From assembly GCA_004431415.1 (NCBI GenBank), contig QPMI01000587.1, positions 45,205 through 109,204 on the forward strand: a DNA stretch of 64,000 nt. Reading direction: 5' to 3'. This document shows, piece by piece, positions 1-10,841 of the stretch. This stretch comes from Cyanophora paradoxa CCMP329 (Eukaryota; Plantae; Glaucophyta). Numbering within the stretch: the stretch's first letter is position 1; the number at the start of each line of letters is the position of its first letter. The position numbers and the translations under genes were made by a program. Below the pieces are notes generated by a model that was not told the origin of the DNA, did not search any database, and was given only the letters and a program-made list of their open reading frames with translations.

Positions 1-216
1 GAAAGGCGAAGGACCAAAAGGCCCGAAGCACAATCGACAGTGAACCAACCAGACAAGGGTAGTGGCGGCGCAAACGCCTTACGGTCTACCGTGTATGCCC
101 CGGTGGTCCAGCGCTCATTCAGGCAGACACGGAAAGCAACCACAGACATCCCAATGCGGGCCTCTTCCTAATGCCGGCCTGGGGGAGTCCTGGTCATGAC
201 CTCACGTAAGAAACCT

Positions 217-3200
217 TCAACCATCAGTCATGTCATCAGACTCTTCGTCAGTGATAAGGACCATTGGGGAACCTGGGTCATCAGCGAGATCCATAGATGC
301 AGCGGATGGGAGAGTTGGAGGAGGTGAGGGCCGCAAACGTTTGAAAGAAACCTGAGGTAGGACACCAGCTGCAGGAACGTTGTCACCATGATCCAGAGCA
401 CCAGGGTCTGGAGAAGACACTCGACGACGCTTAGGCGGGACAATAGAAGGAGAAAGAGGATCAGTATCCATGGGCATCATAGGCGCAGAAAAAGGCAGAG
501 GGGCAGAAGAGGGAGGAGCTAGGAAAGCAATGACAGCATGACTCGCGAAGTCGGGCTCAACATCAACAGCGTCAATTCGGATAGGAGAGATCGAAAGCAT
601 ATCAGGGGCAAGCTCAGTGTCATCCACATAGATGATAACTTGAGGAGAGGGCGGAGGTGAACCTGTATCATCGATAACAGCATCAAGACCGAATGCTGAA
701 GCACCAACACAACGGTGTTGAAGAGGCGGCTCATCCTCTGAGTCAATATCCGGAGGCGGGTGAGGTGGCAACGGGTGAGGGGGTGAGTGAGCCATAGGAC
801 CAGGGTCAGGGGCAGGGTCGGGTCCCCCAGGGGGGTCGTCATCATCTGATGAGGTACTACTGGAGGAATCATCAGAATCATCAGGGCCAAGGTCGGAAAG
901 GTCAGAGGAGTCTGAGCCGTTGTCAGGAGGGGACATATAGCCTTCCAGATCCTCCTTTTCAAGACGCTGCAGCAGGACAGGCCGCGCACTGGCGTAGGCA
1001 AACTGGGTAACAAGAGAGCTAGAAGCTAGGTCGGGGCTAGGGGCCGGCTGATCGACGTGCTCGCAGTGCTCATAGGGGGCTAAGGAATGGTCAAAAGCAC
1101 GGGAAGCGTCTAAGAGATTAGCGTAGAATGAAGAATGAGAGGGGTCAGCAGTAGAGATGAAACGGAAATATCCACGGACATAGGTGACTTTAAATCGAGG
1201 TAAACGACAAGGAAGCATGTCCATAAAATCGTCCAGTTCATGGAACAAGGCAGTCATCAGAGTAGCTGTTTTCAAGCCCGTCTTGGAGGAAGGTGTAAGG
1301 GGCAGCTGGGTGTTAGGGTCCATTGCAAACGTAGCAGCAGCTTCAGTGCGACCTGCTCAATAGGCCAGACAGTACGAGCGGAAAATGATGTGCAATCCAA
1401 GAATCCGAACAACCTGCCACTCCCAGTTCTGCAAGAACATCCAGCTGTCAGCGAAACGGACCAAGCCAGTGAGCAGCCAGGCAACAAAGCGTGCAGAAGG
1501 GATGGGCATCGGCTGGAGCTGCAGGGCATGGAAGAGAAGCGACCACAACTGCTGCACTACGGGGCAAAGAGCCAAGACGTGCAGCGAGTTGCAGTGCCTG
1601 TGGCAGACCGGACATAGCGAAGAGAGAAGCTCACTGTCAAGCAAATTCGCCGAAGCGGGATGCTGAAGATCACGCGCAGCCATAGCAGCGATGCGGGACG
1701 ATGTGCGGAGGGCGTTGTAGCGCAGTGCAAAGTAGCCGTCAAGGACCCGCTGCATGAGAGCGTAGCGGAGGTCGGGAATCACCGTGTTGAACCAGGGAAA
1801 GCGATCAGTGCGCGCATCGTAGCCCAGCGGCCAGAGGAACTTTGGAGAGAGATCAGCATGCCACTTAGTCTCAGCGGTCGTCGGCGCCATGAAAGCGTGG
1901 GAGGAGAGGTACTTGTACACGTCGTGAACCGTGAAACGCGACGGGGCAGCAGGCAGCTTGTGCACAACCGACTTAGAGAGGCGCAGCTCTTCCTTTGAGC
2001 GATCATTGATGTTCTCACGGTCAGAGTAGAGCGCAAACGTACGGGAAGACAACGGTGGCAGCGGAAGGAGTGCAAGGTCGGAGAGCTGCAACTAGTTCAT
2101 GAGGAACCGGACGAGGGCAGGCATGGAAGACAGCTTGCATGCGTTCTTAACCAGGCTAAGCGCATGTGCAGGCACGGGAATGAAGTCGATCGCACGGGCC
2201 GCGGGTCAGATTGCGACTACATCGGGGAGGGCAACGGGATTTTCAATCGAAGGACTGCAGGGCACGTCAATCTCATGGAAAGCGAGCTGTGTGTCAGGAA
2301 GAAGATGAACGCGACAGAGAGCTACTCCCTGGAGCGAGACACGCTCAGCAGCAAGTTTCGAGAAAGGGCCAATAGCGAGACCTCCAGGTTCGTGTTTCCA
2401 GTCTGCAGTTTTACCACAACGCCAAACCTCTTGCGCAAGTCGATTATTGAGTGCATGCAGCTGGTCGTGCAGTTGCTCGGGATAGGAGGGTTGGACATAG
2501 AGAGTATGTTCACCAGAGAAATCCCAGATTTGATAGTTGAAACGGAAGCCGAGACGGAAAAGCAGCATAAAAGTAAAGTCATGCTCATAGTACGTGTCTT
2601 TCTTATACCAGGGGTGCATGATCGGCATACGCAGGAAATCCCAAGCGCAGCGGGGCTTCTTGACATTGAAAATAGTCCGCCAAGCTTCGAAGATGGCAAA
2701 GAATGGGTCAGCAGGCAGGGGCCACAATGGCTTAACCAAGCGATCAGTCCTGTTGAGAAAAGGAAGCCAGAGCCCAAAGCCACCGTTTTCCGTGAAGGCC
2801 TCAATAATTTCTCGACCAGGAAGCCCCACCGGGGAAGCAAGCCACGATTCCAAAGAGTTTGCGGCAAAGGCCAGCTGGAAATGTTTGGGGGAGGGCGCTC
2901 CGAGACCACCAAGAGATACAGGCCAACAGGAGGCAGTGGTCATTCCCTGATGGGGTAAGATGAATGCATCGGAATACGTAGATCGCTTCCAGACGAAGGT
3001 CTGTAGATTCTTTGAAATAGCCCGGAGAATTTTAGGAGGTGCTGGGACTGCACGGGTATAAAAGCTTAAGACGCCCTGACAAAAAGCATAGGCGATGCGA
3101 CCACGCCCAAGAAGCGATGACTGGAAATCGACTGCTGTCTCCATAAAGAAGGTCGCTTTATGCTGAATCATGTTCCAGGACGGATGGTGCTCGCGATCAA

Positions 3201-3611
3201 GAAGGAGCTGATGAGGGAAACCAAGCTGCTTATGACAGGCAGGATCGAGCTCAGTAGCGCAAAGAACAGGGAACGGCAGGGGATCAGCAGGATCGAGATC
3301 CAACGGCGAGGCAGCAGGTTCCCACAGGACGATGGCCACAGACAGTGGCTTGAAAGAGCCAAAACGTGCATGGATGGCTAAGAGAGAGTCACGCAGAGAT
3401 AGCCCCTGGGCGCGAAGCAGGAACAGCTGATAAATATCGTCAGCAAACTGGACAAGGGGGGTGCCAACGGGGCGGGGTATATCAGTGAGTGAGAGCAAGA
3501 GAGAACGTAGAGGGCTGATTGAGAGAATGAAGGAAACCGGGCTCCAGGGACCACCTTGAATGGTGCCCACCAAACGTGAGAACACAGAAGAGAAGAGCCC
3601 ATTCGCAAATA
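217..3611 (-). pseudogene. 5'-truncated non-LTR retrotransposon (LINE, L1/Tx1-like) ORF2: RT C-half, CCHC finger and acidic/Pro-rich tail
   Basis: RT motifs GTIQGGPWSP and QFADD, WPVSLGGLG, and zinc finger CPVC..HVLALC. ORFs 2206-3738, 1357-2091 and 217-1323 share one frame, broken by stops at 2206, 2092 and 1357. The 5' end is cut by a host repeat at ~3612. Confidence 0.85.
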
Positions 3612-3702
3612 CACCCACCAGCAAGTCAGTCAGTCGAAGGGGGAATACGCACAAGGCGCTAGCCTTAGGCAGATGACCCTCCCACCCGCAAGTCACTGAG
3701 TC
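3612..3702 (+). repeat. Copy of host ~124-bp repeat family
   Basis: Contains cacaaggcgctagccttaggcagatgacc, as in the 36083-36580 array. Confidence 0.85.
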
Positions 3703-3704
3703 TG

Positions 3705-3873
3705 ACGGGTTGCGGCCAGAAATGATCAAAGAACACAAAGAAGAACATGTTTACCCGTCATTTGCAAGAGTCTCGTGTATTTATTCCAGAAGCCAGTACC
3801 AGCCCCCAACTGACTACCGCACACAAGGCACAGGGCTATGCTACGAGGGGGAGTTTGGGTTCGAGATACAACA
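3705..3873 (-). repeat. Partial 3' LTR of Gypsy A
   Basis: Similar to 40630-40794; similarity stops exactly at TGTTGTATCTCG on the minus strand in both copies. Confidence 0.7.
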
Positions 3874-3915
3874 TTACGCTCCGTAGTTGAGAGGGCCACG
3901 TTCTCGCTGGCCAAC

Positions 3916-6900
3916 TCATTCACGCTCAACGTAGGGGATGAGACGATCAGCGTGAACCGTAACCTTGTCACCGGTAGAATAGCCAAGCTTGTTGTCACCA
4001 CCAACAAATCGAACCACATAGGACACACCATGTCCACGAGAGGCATCAGCAACGATCTCCCAAGGACCAGTGAACTTGGGGTCCATCTTGCGCAAACGAG
4101 TCGAAGGGGTCTTGACACAGACCAGTTCACCTTGAACGAACAACGGGTCACCCGAGGGTGAGGCAGCCTGACCTTGCGCATCCTGTCGAGCTTGCCGAAC
4201 CAAATTAGCCTCGGAGTAGATACGCGAGAACCGACGACCAAGTTCAGCAGCATGAGTAGAAGCAGAATTGCCGACAGTGATATCAGGTTGAAGCAACAAA
4301 TCAGTAGGAAGCGTACACTGTCGACCGTACAACATCTCGAAAGGTGTGAATCCAGTCGAAGGATTCTTGAAGTTGCGAATCGCAAACAAGGCGAAAGGAA
4401 TGAACAAGTCCCATTGCTTCTCGTTCTGTTCCGCATAGAAACGAAGGCGAGTGACGAGAACATCATTGAACTTTTCCACGAGACCCTGCGATTGGGGATG
4501 ATAAGGAGCAGCGAAAACATGTTTTATTCCGAAGATCCGTTCCAACTCTTGCAGAATGAGATTATCGAATTCTCCGCCACGATCAGAAGAGATTTTGCGG
4601 GGAACTCCATGTTCAGGAATCCAATGTTCGAAAAGTGCGCGAACAGCGACAGTGGCCGACTTGGACCGTGCAGGCACTGCGGTGCCCCATCGAGTGAAAA
4701 CATCGACAATTGTCACCACGTACTTGTTACCACGACTTGATTTGGGAAACGGTCCAACGATGTCGATCTCGATATGTTGCATAGGAGCATCAGCAACCAC
4801 AGGTACAGTCGGCAGATTTGAAGAGGTTGGCTTCGGTTTAATCAACTGACACTTGTGGCAGCTCCGAACGTAATCATAGACATCGCGACGCAAGTTCTTC
4901 CAATAGTAACGAGATGAGACAAGATCGATCAACTTGGTCACTCCAGGATGTCCGAAATTGTCATGAAGAGCTCGAAGAACCTGTTGAGTCATGGAGTACG
5001 GAACGACGACTTGAAAAGAATCAGATCCAGTTCGTTGGCGACAAAGAACATCACATTTAAGAACGAATTTTCCACTCTTGAATGTTCGCTCCACTGACTT
5101 GTCCACGCCCTCAGGAAGGACAAGCACATCATCTTCAAGATACCTGATGATGGTGTTGAGCAACGGATCCTCAAGTTGAGCAGCTCTAATATCAGAAGCA
5201 GAAAGAGATAAGTCAAGCTCAACTGCATTCACAAGAATAGGGATGGGAATGATAGGAGAAATGAGAGACAACTCCTCAATCTTGGCAACAACTCGCTTCA
5301 CAAGTCTTGAAAGTGCATCGGCATCAGCATTCAGGGTACCAGACTTTTGAGAAATTTCATAATTGTACTCCTGCATTCCAAGAATCCAGCGGGCAATCCG
5401 AGCATTTGGGAACTCCTTATTCGACTTCATATACTGGAGAGCACTGTGATCCGACTTGATGAAGAACTTGGGGCGTTTCAGATAATGTGAAAACTTTTTA
5501 GTCACAGCCCAGTAAACAGCATATAACTCCTGCTCAGTAACTGTCCACTTCTGTTGCTCGTCTGATAATGGCTCAGCAGCATATGCAATAACAACCTCCT
5601 TGTTCCACTTGCGCTCAGCTGGGGTGAGTGTCTTAGAAGCAAATGAAATGACTCGCTCCTGACCATTGTCATCCAGTTGCGACAACACAGCACCAATGCC
5701 AGTTTTCGAGGCATCTGTTTTGAGGATAAAAGGCTTCTTGAAATCTGGATATGCAAGAATAGGAGAGGAACACAATAACTCCTTGAGCTTCCGAAAAGCA
5801 AAGTCTTGTGATTCTCCCCATACAAACAAATTCTTGGATTTCAACAAATCATACAATGGAGAAGCTATGATTGCACATGAAGGTATGAAGACCCTGTAGT
5901 AATTCACTAAACCTAAGAAAGACCTGACTTCTGATACAGATGTTGAAGTCTTGAAATTCTTCACAGCCTGAACTTTGCTGTCACATGGCTTGATTCCTTC
6001 TCGGCAAACAACAAATCCAAGGTACTCAGCTTCAGCCTTGAAGAAACGACACTTACGTGCTTTTAACCGCAGGTGAGCAGCAATCAGCTGATCAAAAACC
6101 CATTCAAGATGTTCGAAATGCTCCTTCAGACTCCTGGAAAAGACACATATATCATCAAGATAAACAAGAATAAAGATGTAAAGGTAAGCCCCTAACACTC
6201 CATTCATCAACATCTGAAATGTCGCAGGGGCCGTTTTGAGGCCCTGAGGCATGCCATTCCACTCATACAAACCAGTTGGTGTCCTAAAAGCTGTCTTCGG
6301 CCGATCCTTATCACTCATCTTGACATTCCAATATCCATCATCACAATCTGCAACAGAAATATATATGTATCCAGAAAGAGCTTCAAGAGCATCATCAATT
6401 CTTGGTAAGGGATATGCATCATCCTTGGTAACACTGTTGAGCCTTCTGTAATCGATGCAGAAACGATATGAGCCATCCTTCTTCCGCACAAGGACCACCG
6501 GAGCGGCCCAAGGGCTTCTAGAAGGACGAATTAAATTCCTTTTGATCAGCTTTTGAGTCTCTTGAACAATCTTTTGGCGTTGGTCAAAAGAAAGACGTCT
6601 TGGAGGTTCAGCAATCGGCTTTGCATCTCCAGTGTCAATGCTATGCTCAATAGGAGGACCAGGTCTGGACTCATCATGTTTCCATTGACCCTCAGCAAAT
6701 ACTTCATGCTTCCTCGCCAAGAAATCCCACATAAGCTTCCTCTCATCAAGATTATCATCAGCTGAACCAACACTGCATGGAGAGATGAGGCTTGCAACAT
6801 TATCACCAAATCGCTCCCGAATCTCCTTCAAAATCACTTCATCGACCGAAGATACTGGTACAGAACTTGCTTGCGAAAATACAGAACTCTTTTTATCGCT

Positions 6901-8202
6901 ATCTAATGAAGTCGAGTTATTTACAACAGAATCTGAAACTCTTTTACTTGAATCATCAAAAGAAGACTGGAGAACAGCTTCGGACGCAGTGATATCTACT
7001 GAATCAGGACCCTTGTACTCAGAAGTGTGCACAAAACTTCCTTTCCCAGATGAGTCATAACTCAGCACCAGGTTGACATCACAGATTTCCGGCATGTTGT
7101 GGACAACTGATGTTTTACTCTTGCTCGGAACAAACCTGGCTAGCCGGGTACCTTCAGGTATTACTGCCGGTCCCCTGTCAGACCTTGGATCAAGATTGAC
7201 AAGCAATACCTTGATACGTCCTCCACGACAATGAGCTGGGCCACCTGCCACATGGACAAACTCATTCTTGTTCCATTCTCTAAAGTCATCAATAAAGCCT
7301 TCGCCATCCTGCACATAGCAGCGGCTGGGTGCTCGCATCCAAACAAATCTCTGAGTTCCAGGATCAAGCTTGACCCTCTCAGCAGTCTCCATAATCACAC
7401 CATATTCTTCAGAACACTCATCAGAATTGCGAGATGATTCATCAGGGCGTGGTTGAGGAGAATCTGGCAAGGATCCATGCTGCTGATCTGATCCAAAAGC
7501 AAGAGAAGCAATCTTACACTCCACTGGCTGATCTGGGAACTTCGAGAATGTGATGGAGCGCCTGTTCACCTGTTCATTTTTATATGTCACTCCAAATTCA
7601 GACAAGAAATCTTGTCCAAGAATGCCGGCATATGGATAATTGGGAAAGTCCACAACAAGGAAAGGGAAAGATGCTGTCAGAGGACCGATTGACCCTTTAA
7701 TCAGAATCTCGCCAGGTACATTAACAAGATGTGAATTTGGCAGGCGAACACAAGGCGTGAATGAGGTCTTAATTACCTGATTTTGAAGTTTCAACTTCTG
7801 CACCAGTCTACTCGTGACCAGTGAAATATCAGCCCCACTGTCCAGGAAGAACTCATAAGTGGTGCCCTTGATGACAACTTTGACCAACGATCTCCCAGGT
7901 GGAGTGACAGCAAACTGTCTCCCTGCTGGAGAATTCTCTCTAGGAGAGTGGGAGTTGTCAGAGGGACTTTTTGGGTTTGAAGTGCTACTGCTATTTCCAA
8001 CAATTTCAAGAGATTGTTTGCTCTTCGAAATTCCACCAAGTGATCCATAATGCCTTCTGGGAAAAGCGGAAGGAGACAAAGAAACCTTGCTGGTACACTG
8101 AGAGAGAGGCACTCGAATGAATTCTCCCTTCTGCTTGGAAACAAGCATGGTCCTCTGTTCCAGAGAAGAGGCATCACAGCTTGGGGTAGAAGCGTTGATC
8201 AA
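3916..8202 (-). CDS. pol: Gypsy Pol polyprotein (protease, RT, RNase H, integrase)
   Basis: FLDSGAD; SPWAAPVVLV..FCIDYR..YLDD; TDAS; LHDNFGHPG..CHKC; IDIVGP..SDRGGEF..GLVE, in PR-RT-RH-IN order. Confidence 0.97.
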   Translation of the reverse strand: MINASTPSCDASSLEQRTMLVSKQKGEFIRVPLSQCTSKVSLSPSAFPRRHYGSLGGISKSKQSLEIVGNSSSTSNPKSPSDNSHSPRENSPAGRQFAVTPPGRSLVKVVIKGTTYEFFLDSGADISLVTSRLVQKLKLQNQVIKTSFTPCVRLPNSHLVNVPGEILIKGSIGPLTASFPFLVVDFPNYPYAGILGQDFLSEFGVTYKNEQVNRRSITFSKFPDQPVECKIASLAFGSDQQHGSLPDSPQPRPDESSRNSDECSEEYGVIMETAERVKLDPGTQRFVWMRAPSRCYVQDGEGFIDDFREWNKNEFVHVAGGPAHCRGGRIKVLLVNLDPRSDRGPAVIPEGTRLARFVPSKSKTSVVHNMPEICDVNLVLSYDSSGKGSFVHTSEYKGPDSVDITASEAVLQSSFDDSSKRVSDSVVNNSTSLDSDKKSSVFSQASSVPVSSVDEVILKEIRERFGDNVASLISPCSVGSADDNLDERKLMWDFLARKHEVFAEGQWKHDESRPGPPIEHSIDTGDAKPIAEPPRRLSFDQRQKIVQETQKLIKRNLIRPSRSPWAAPVVLVRKKDGSYRFCIDYRRLNSVTKDDAYPLPRIDDALEALSGYIYISVADCDDGYWNVKMSDKDRPKTAFRTPTGLYEWNGMPQGLKTAPATFQMLMNGVLGAYLYIFILVYLDDICVFSRSLKEHFEHLEWVFDQLIAAHLRLKARKCRFFKAEAEYLGFVVCREGIKPCDSKVQAVKNFKTSTSVSEVRSFLGLVNYYRVFIPSCAIIASPLYDLLKSKNLFVWGESQDFAFRKLKELLCSSPILAYPDFKKPFILKTDASKTGIGAVLSQLDDNGQERVISFASKTLTPAERKWNKEVVIAYAAEPLSDEQQKWTVTEQELYAVYWAVTKKFSHYLKRPKFFIKSDHSALQYMKSNKEFPNARIARWILGMQEYNYEISQKSGTLNADADALSRLVKRVVAKIEELSLISPIIPIPILVNAVELDLSLSASDIRAAQLEDPLLNTIIRYLEDDVLVLPEGVDKSVERTFKSGKFVLKCDVLCRQRTGSDSFQVVVPYSMTQQVLRALHDNFGHPGVTKLIDLVSSRYYWKNLRRDVYDYVRSCHKCQLIKPKPTSSNLPTVPVVADAPMQHIEIDIVGPFPKSSRGNKYVVTIVDVFTRWGTAVPARSKSATVAVRALFEHWIPEHGVPRKISSDRGGEFDNLILQELERIFGIKHVFAAPYHPQSQGLVEKFNDVLVTRLRFYAEQNEKQWDLFIPFALFAIRNFKNPSTGFTPFEMLYGRQCTLPTDLLLQPDITVGNSASTHAAELGRRFSRIYSEANLVRQARQDAQGQAASPSGDPLFVQGELVCVKTPSTRLRKMDPKFTGPWEIVADASRGHGVSYVVRFVGGDNKLGYSTGDKVTVHADRLIPYVERE

Positions 8203-8947
8203 ATGACCTCGAACATTTTGAGCACAACAAATCTTGCCACTGTCAAAGGAGCCATTAAAGTATTAACTGGTGCCGTATCAGCCTTGGGAGCTAACCAATC
8301 TTGAACTACATTGGACTTGTCGCTAATTTGATGAACCCCCTCTCAATTTCAAATTGTGTATTCCATTGGTATCGGACGGGGGGCGGGGGCATACAGGGGT
8401 AAACAGGGGGGTAACGGGGGGCCGGGCGGGGGCGTACAGGGGGGCTAGGCGCGGGGAACGGGATTATTCGGGGCTTCACTACAGCGGGACTATGCGGGGC
8501 TGTGACTGGGACTGGGGAGGCGCGATTGGTGGAGCTGTATTGTAGAGCGAGCTAGGGGGGCCACAGTGAACCATTGATTTTTGCAGGAAACATTAATTTT
8601 TGCAGTGGAAACAATAGCAATCACCTGTCCTGCGGGAGAAGATGCTACCCTGTCCTTACAGGATTTCCATTCGCTGTCGATTGTGAGAAGGTGCGACATA
8701 ACCTTGCCCAATCTTGCCCTTCCAAACTTGGCGTCATCGTTCCTCACTCTTAACCTTCCTTCTGATCGCTCAATCAATGTTTATGTCCACTCTCTTATGC
8801 ATTCGTTCCCTGCCCTCACCTCACGGTGGCTGGCTTGCCTGCTCAGCTTGTGCATCTAAAAAATCAAACATACAGGTCATACAAAAATGGGAACACACAC
8901 AAATGGGAAGGTCATAAAAATGGAAAAAACCTCAGCATTCCGGCCTT

Positions 8948-9904
8948 TTAAGATCTTTTCTGCTGGCCAGAGAACAGAATCCAACTTGCTACCAGAAAAG
9001 CGAGGTAGGTTAGGAAGGTTTGAACAAGAGAATGGGTAAATTCCGCATGGCCCAATAGAATTAGACATGCTAATTTCAGATGAGCCATTATTTCGTGAGT
9101 TACTGGATCTGTTTGCTTTAATATGGCTGCGGATGAAAAAAGAACCAACACCCCTAAAAAGCAGGATAGTATGGTCAACTGGACTGGGAGGAAAACGTGC
9201 TTATGGCAACCACATACCAACACGATCGACCCGCTTATAAATGCTGTAACGGGCGAGGACCTGTATAGATACTGGATAGTACTTAAATTGTATTTCTTCT
9301 GCACTCGTGCTGTGAGAAGCAGACAAGTTGGGCAAACTATCGCTGCAAAAAAGGAGTAAAAAATCCCAATGTAAGTCCATTCTATAGACGACACGAAAAG
9401 GCCGCATAGCAATGTAAGAAGAAGGAGGGTGCGGACTGCATCGCGAAAAGAGATTGCAATGCCCATGAACTGATGCTGCAATACGGCACTGATCGGAGTG
9501 TGGAGGAGTTTGCAAACCTGTCGGGTGTGTTGGCAAAGAGTGCGTCTTTCATTGAGCACGAACCTGGTAGCTGCTGATTGGGTTGTAAAATAGGCTCAAG
9601 TTCAGGCAAACGATTCCAGTTATGGAGGCCAGAGAAGCAGCAAAAATATCAGCAGTTTGAGCAGCATTGTTAGCGGCGAATACCGCCTTGTAGTGAAGTG
9701 CACGGGTGATGACAAGTAAGGACATGTGATGGAGCCATGTCAAGAAAACCACTTCGGGAGCAGCATCACGTGATTGAAAAAAAGGAAGACATGGCACTCA
9801 CCTTCACGCCAGGAGCGCTGTTGGATGAAAATTGAACGATTGATCCAAATCAAACAAATAGACGACAAAATGTTCATGAAAATTAGAAAGAGTTTTTTGC
9901 TCAT
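8948..9904 (-). CDS. Nucleotide-sugar / triose-phosphate transporter family protein, 3 exons (9904-9802, 9751-9564, 9517-8948)
   Basis: GT-AG introns of 50 and 46 nt give a phase-consistent product: MSKKLFLIFMNILSSICLIWIN..LNLSLFYNPISSYQVCKLLHTP..TDPVTHEIMAHLK, with many hydrophobic segments. Confidence 0.85.
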
Positions 9905-9974
9905 GTTGATTATTATTAATTGTAAAAACGTGTCATATCAAATCATGCCCGATGCAGCCTCCTTTTTGGAGTAA

Positions 9975-10470
9975 CTGGGCCCGACGGGAATTCGAAATCA
10001 CAAGGTGGAGAGGGAGTGAACCCAGGAAACATTCGAATCCACAAAGACTCGGTGGGAGTCCCACTTGGAAGGGCAGAGCCTCTCCCAGGGCCGCTGCTGG
10101 GCAGGGGGTAACAGTCAGACTCCCACTGGGTGTTCTGGGATTTGAACGTTTCCTGGATTCATTCCCTGTCCTCATATTGGTGACTTCGAAATCCCATCAG
10201 GCACACAACAGGGCCCACAATAGAAGTCAGTGCACACGAAAACTTTCCAGGGGGAACAAACACATGGCCCTAGCCATTGGCAGGTGCACCGTGCCCAGCA
10301 GAGGCCCTGAAAAAGGCTCCGCTGTTCCAAGTGGGACCCTTATGGAGAGATTCGGGGTGCATTTTTCTTCTTTTTTGTGGCAGATCGGAAACCTGGGGCC
10401 TTTAAATCCGTGATGTGCTGGTGGGTGGGGTCATGTTCTGAAGGCTAGCGCCTTGTGCATATTCCCCCGG
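9975..10470. repeat. Composite copies of host repeat family
   Basis: aaaactttccagggggaaca, gctagcgccttgtgcat and gatcggaaacctggggcc motifs shared with other copies. Confidence 0.8.
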
Positions 10471-10650
10471 TATATATATCAGTTGGAATTGTGTATTCAA
10501 TCCATGAGCTGCCAACAACAGTGTCACCACTCTCATCATTGTGTGATAGCCCCCAGCTGCTAGTACTCGTGAGGTTTAGGGGGAAGTTAATCTTGGGTTC
10601 TGATAATTAAAACCAAAGTCTACCACTGCATAAGCCCTTGCGCTTGCAGT

Positions 10651-10662
10651 TGGTAGCATCGG
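10651..10662 (+). promoter_or_regulatory. Primer-binding site (initiator tRNA-Met-like)
   Basis: TGGTAGCATCGG just after the LTR-terminal CA; identical 12-mer at 35065-35076. Confidence 0.7.
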
Positions 10663-10841
10663 AGTGAACAAATCAAACCGATCATATCTCATATGCCAAA
10701 AGAACTCCAGCAATTGCTACAAATTCAAATCACAGAGCCGCGGCCTGGAATAGGCTCGGTCACAGGCTCGTCAGGACGGACCCTATTCTAGAAATAGAAC
10801 CCGAAGTCGAAAATATTCTTGAGGAAGAGGATTTAAGAGCG

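Larger units (their letters stand above)
3705..8355 (-). mobile_element. Ty3/Gypsy LTR retrotransposon A (gag and 5' LTR missing)
   Basis: Uninterrupted pol ORF followed by a TG-starting segment (from 3873) that is shared with 40630-40794. Confidence 0.9.

Noticed and set aside
8367-8545. PBS-like TGGTATCGGA followed by a G-rich tract similar to 58600-58800
   Set aside because: No LTR or gag in that orientation; the similarity is only low complexity
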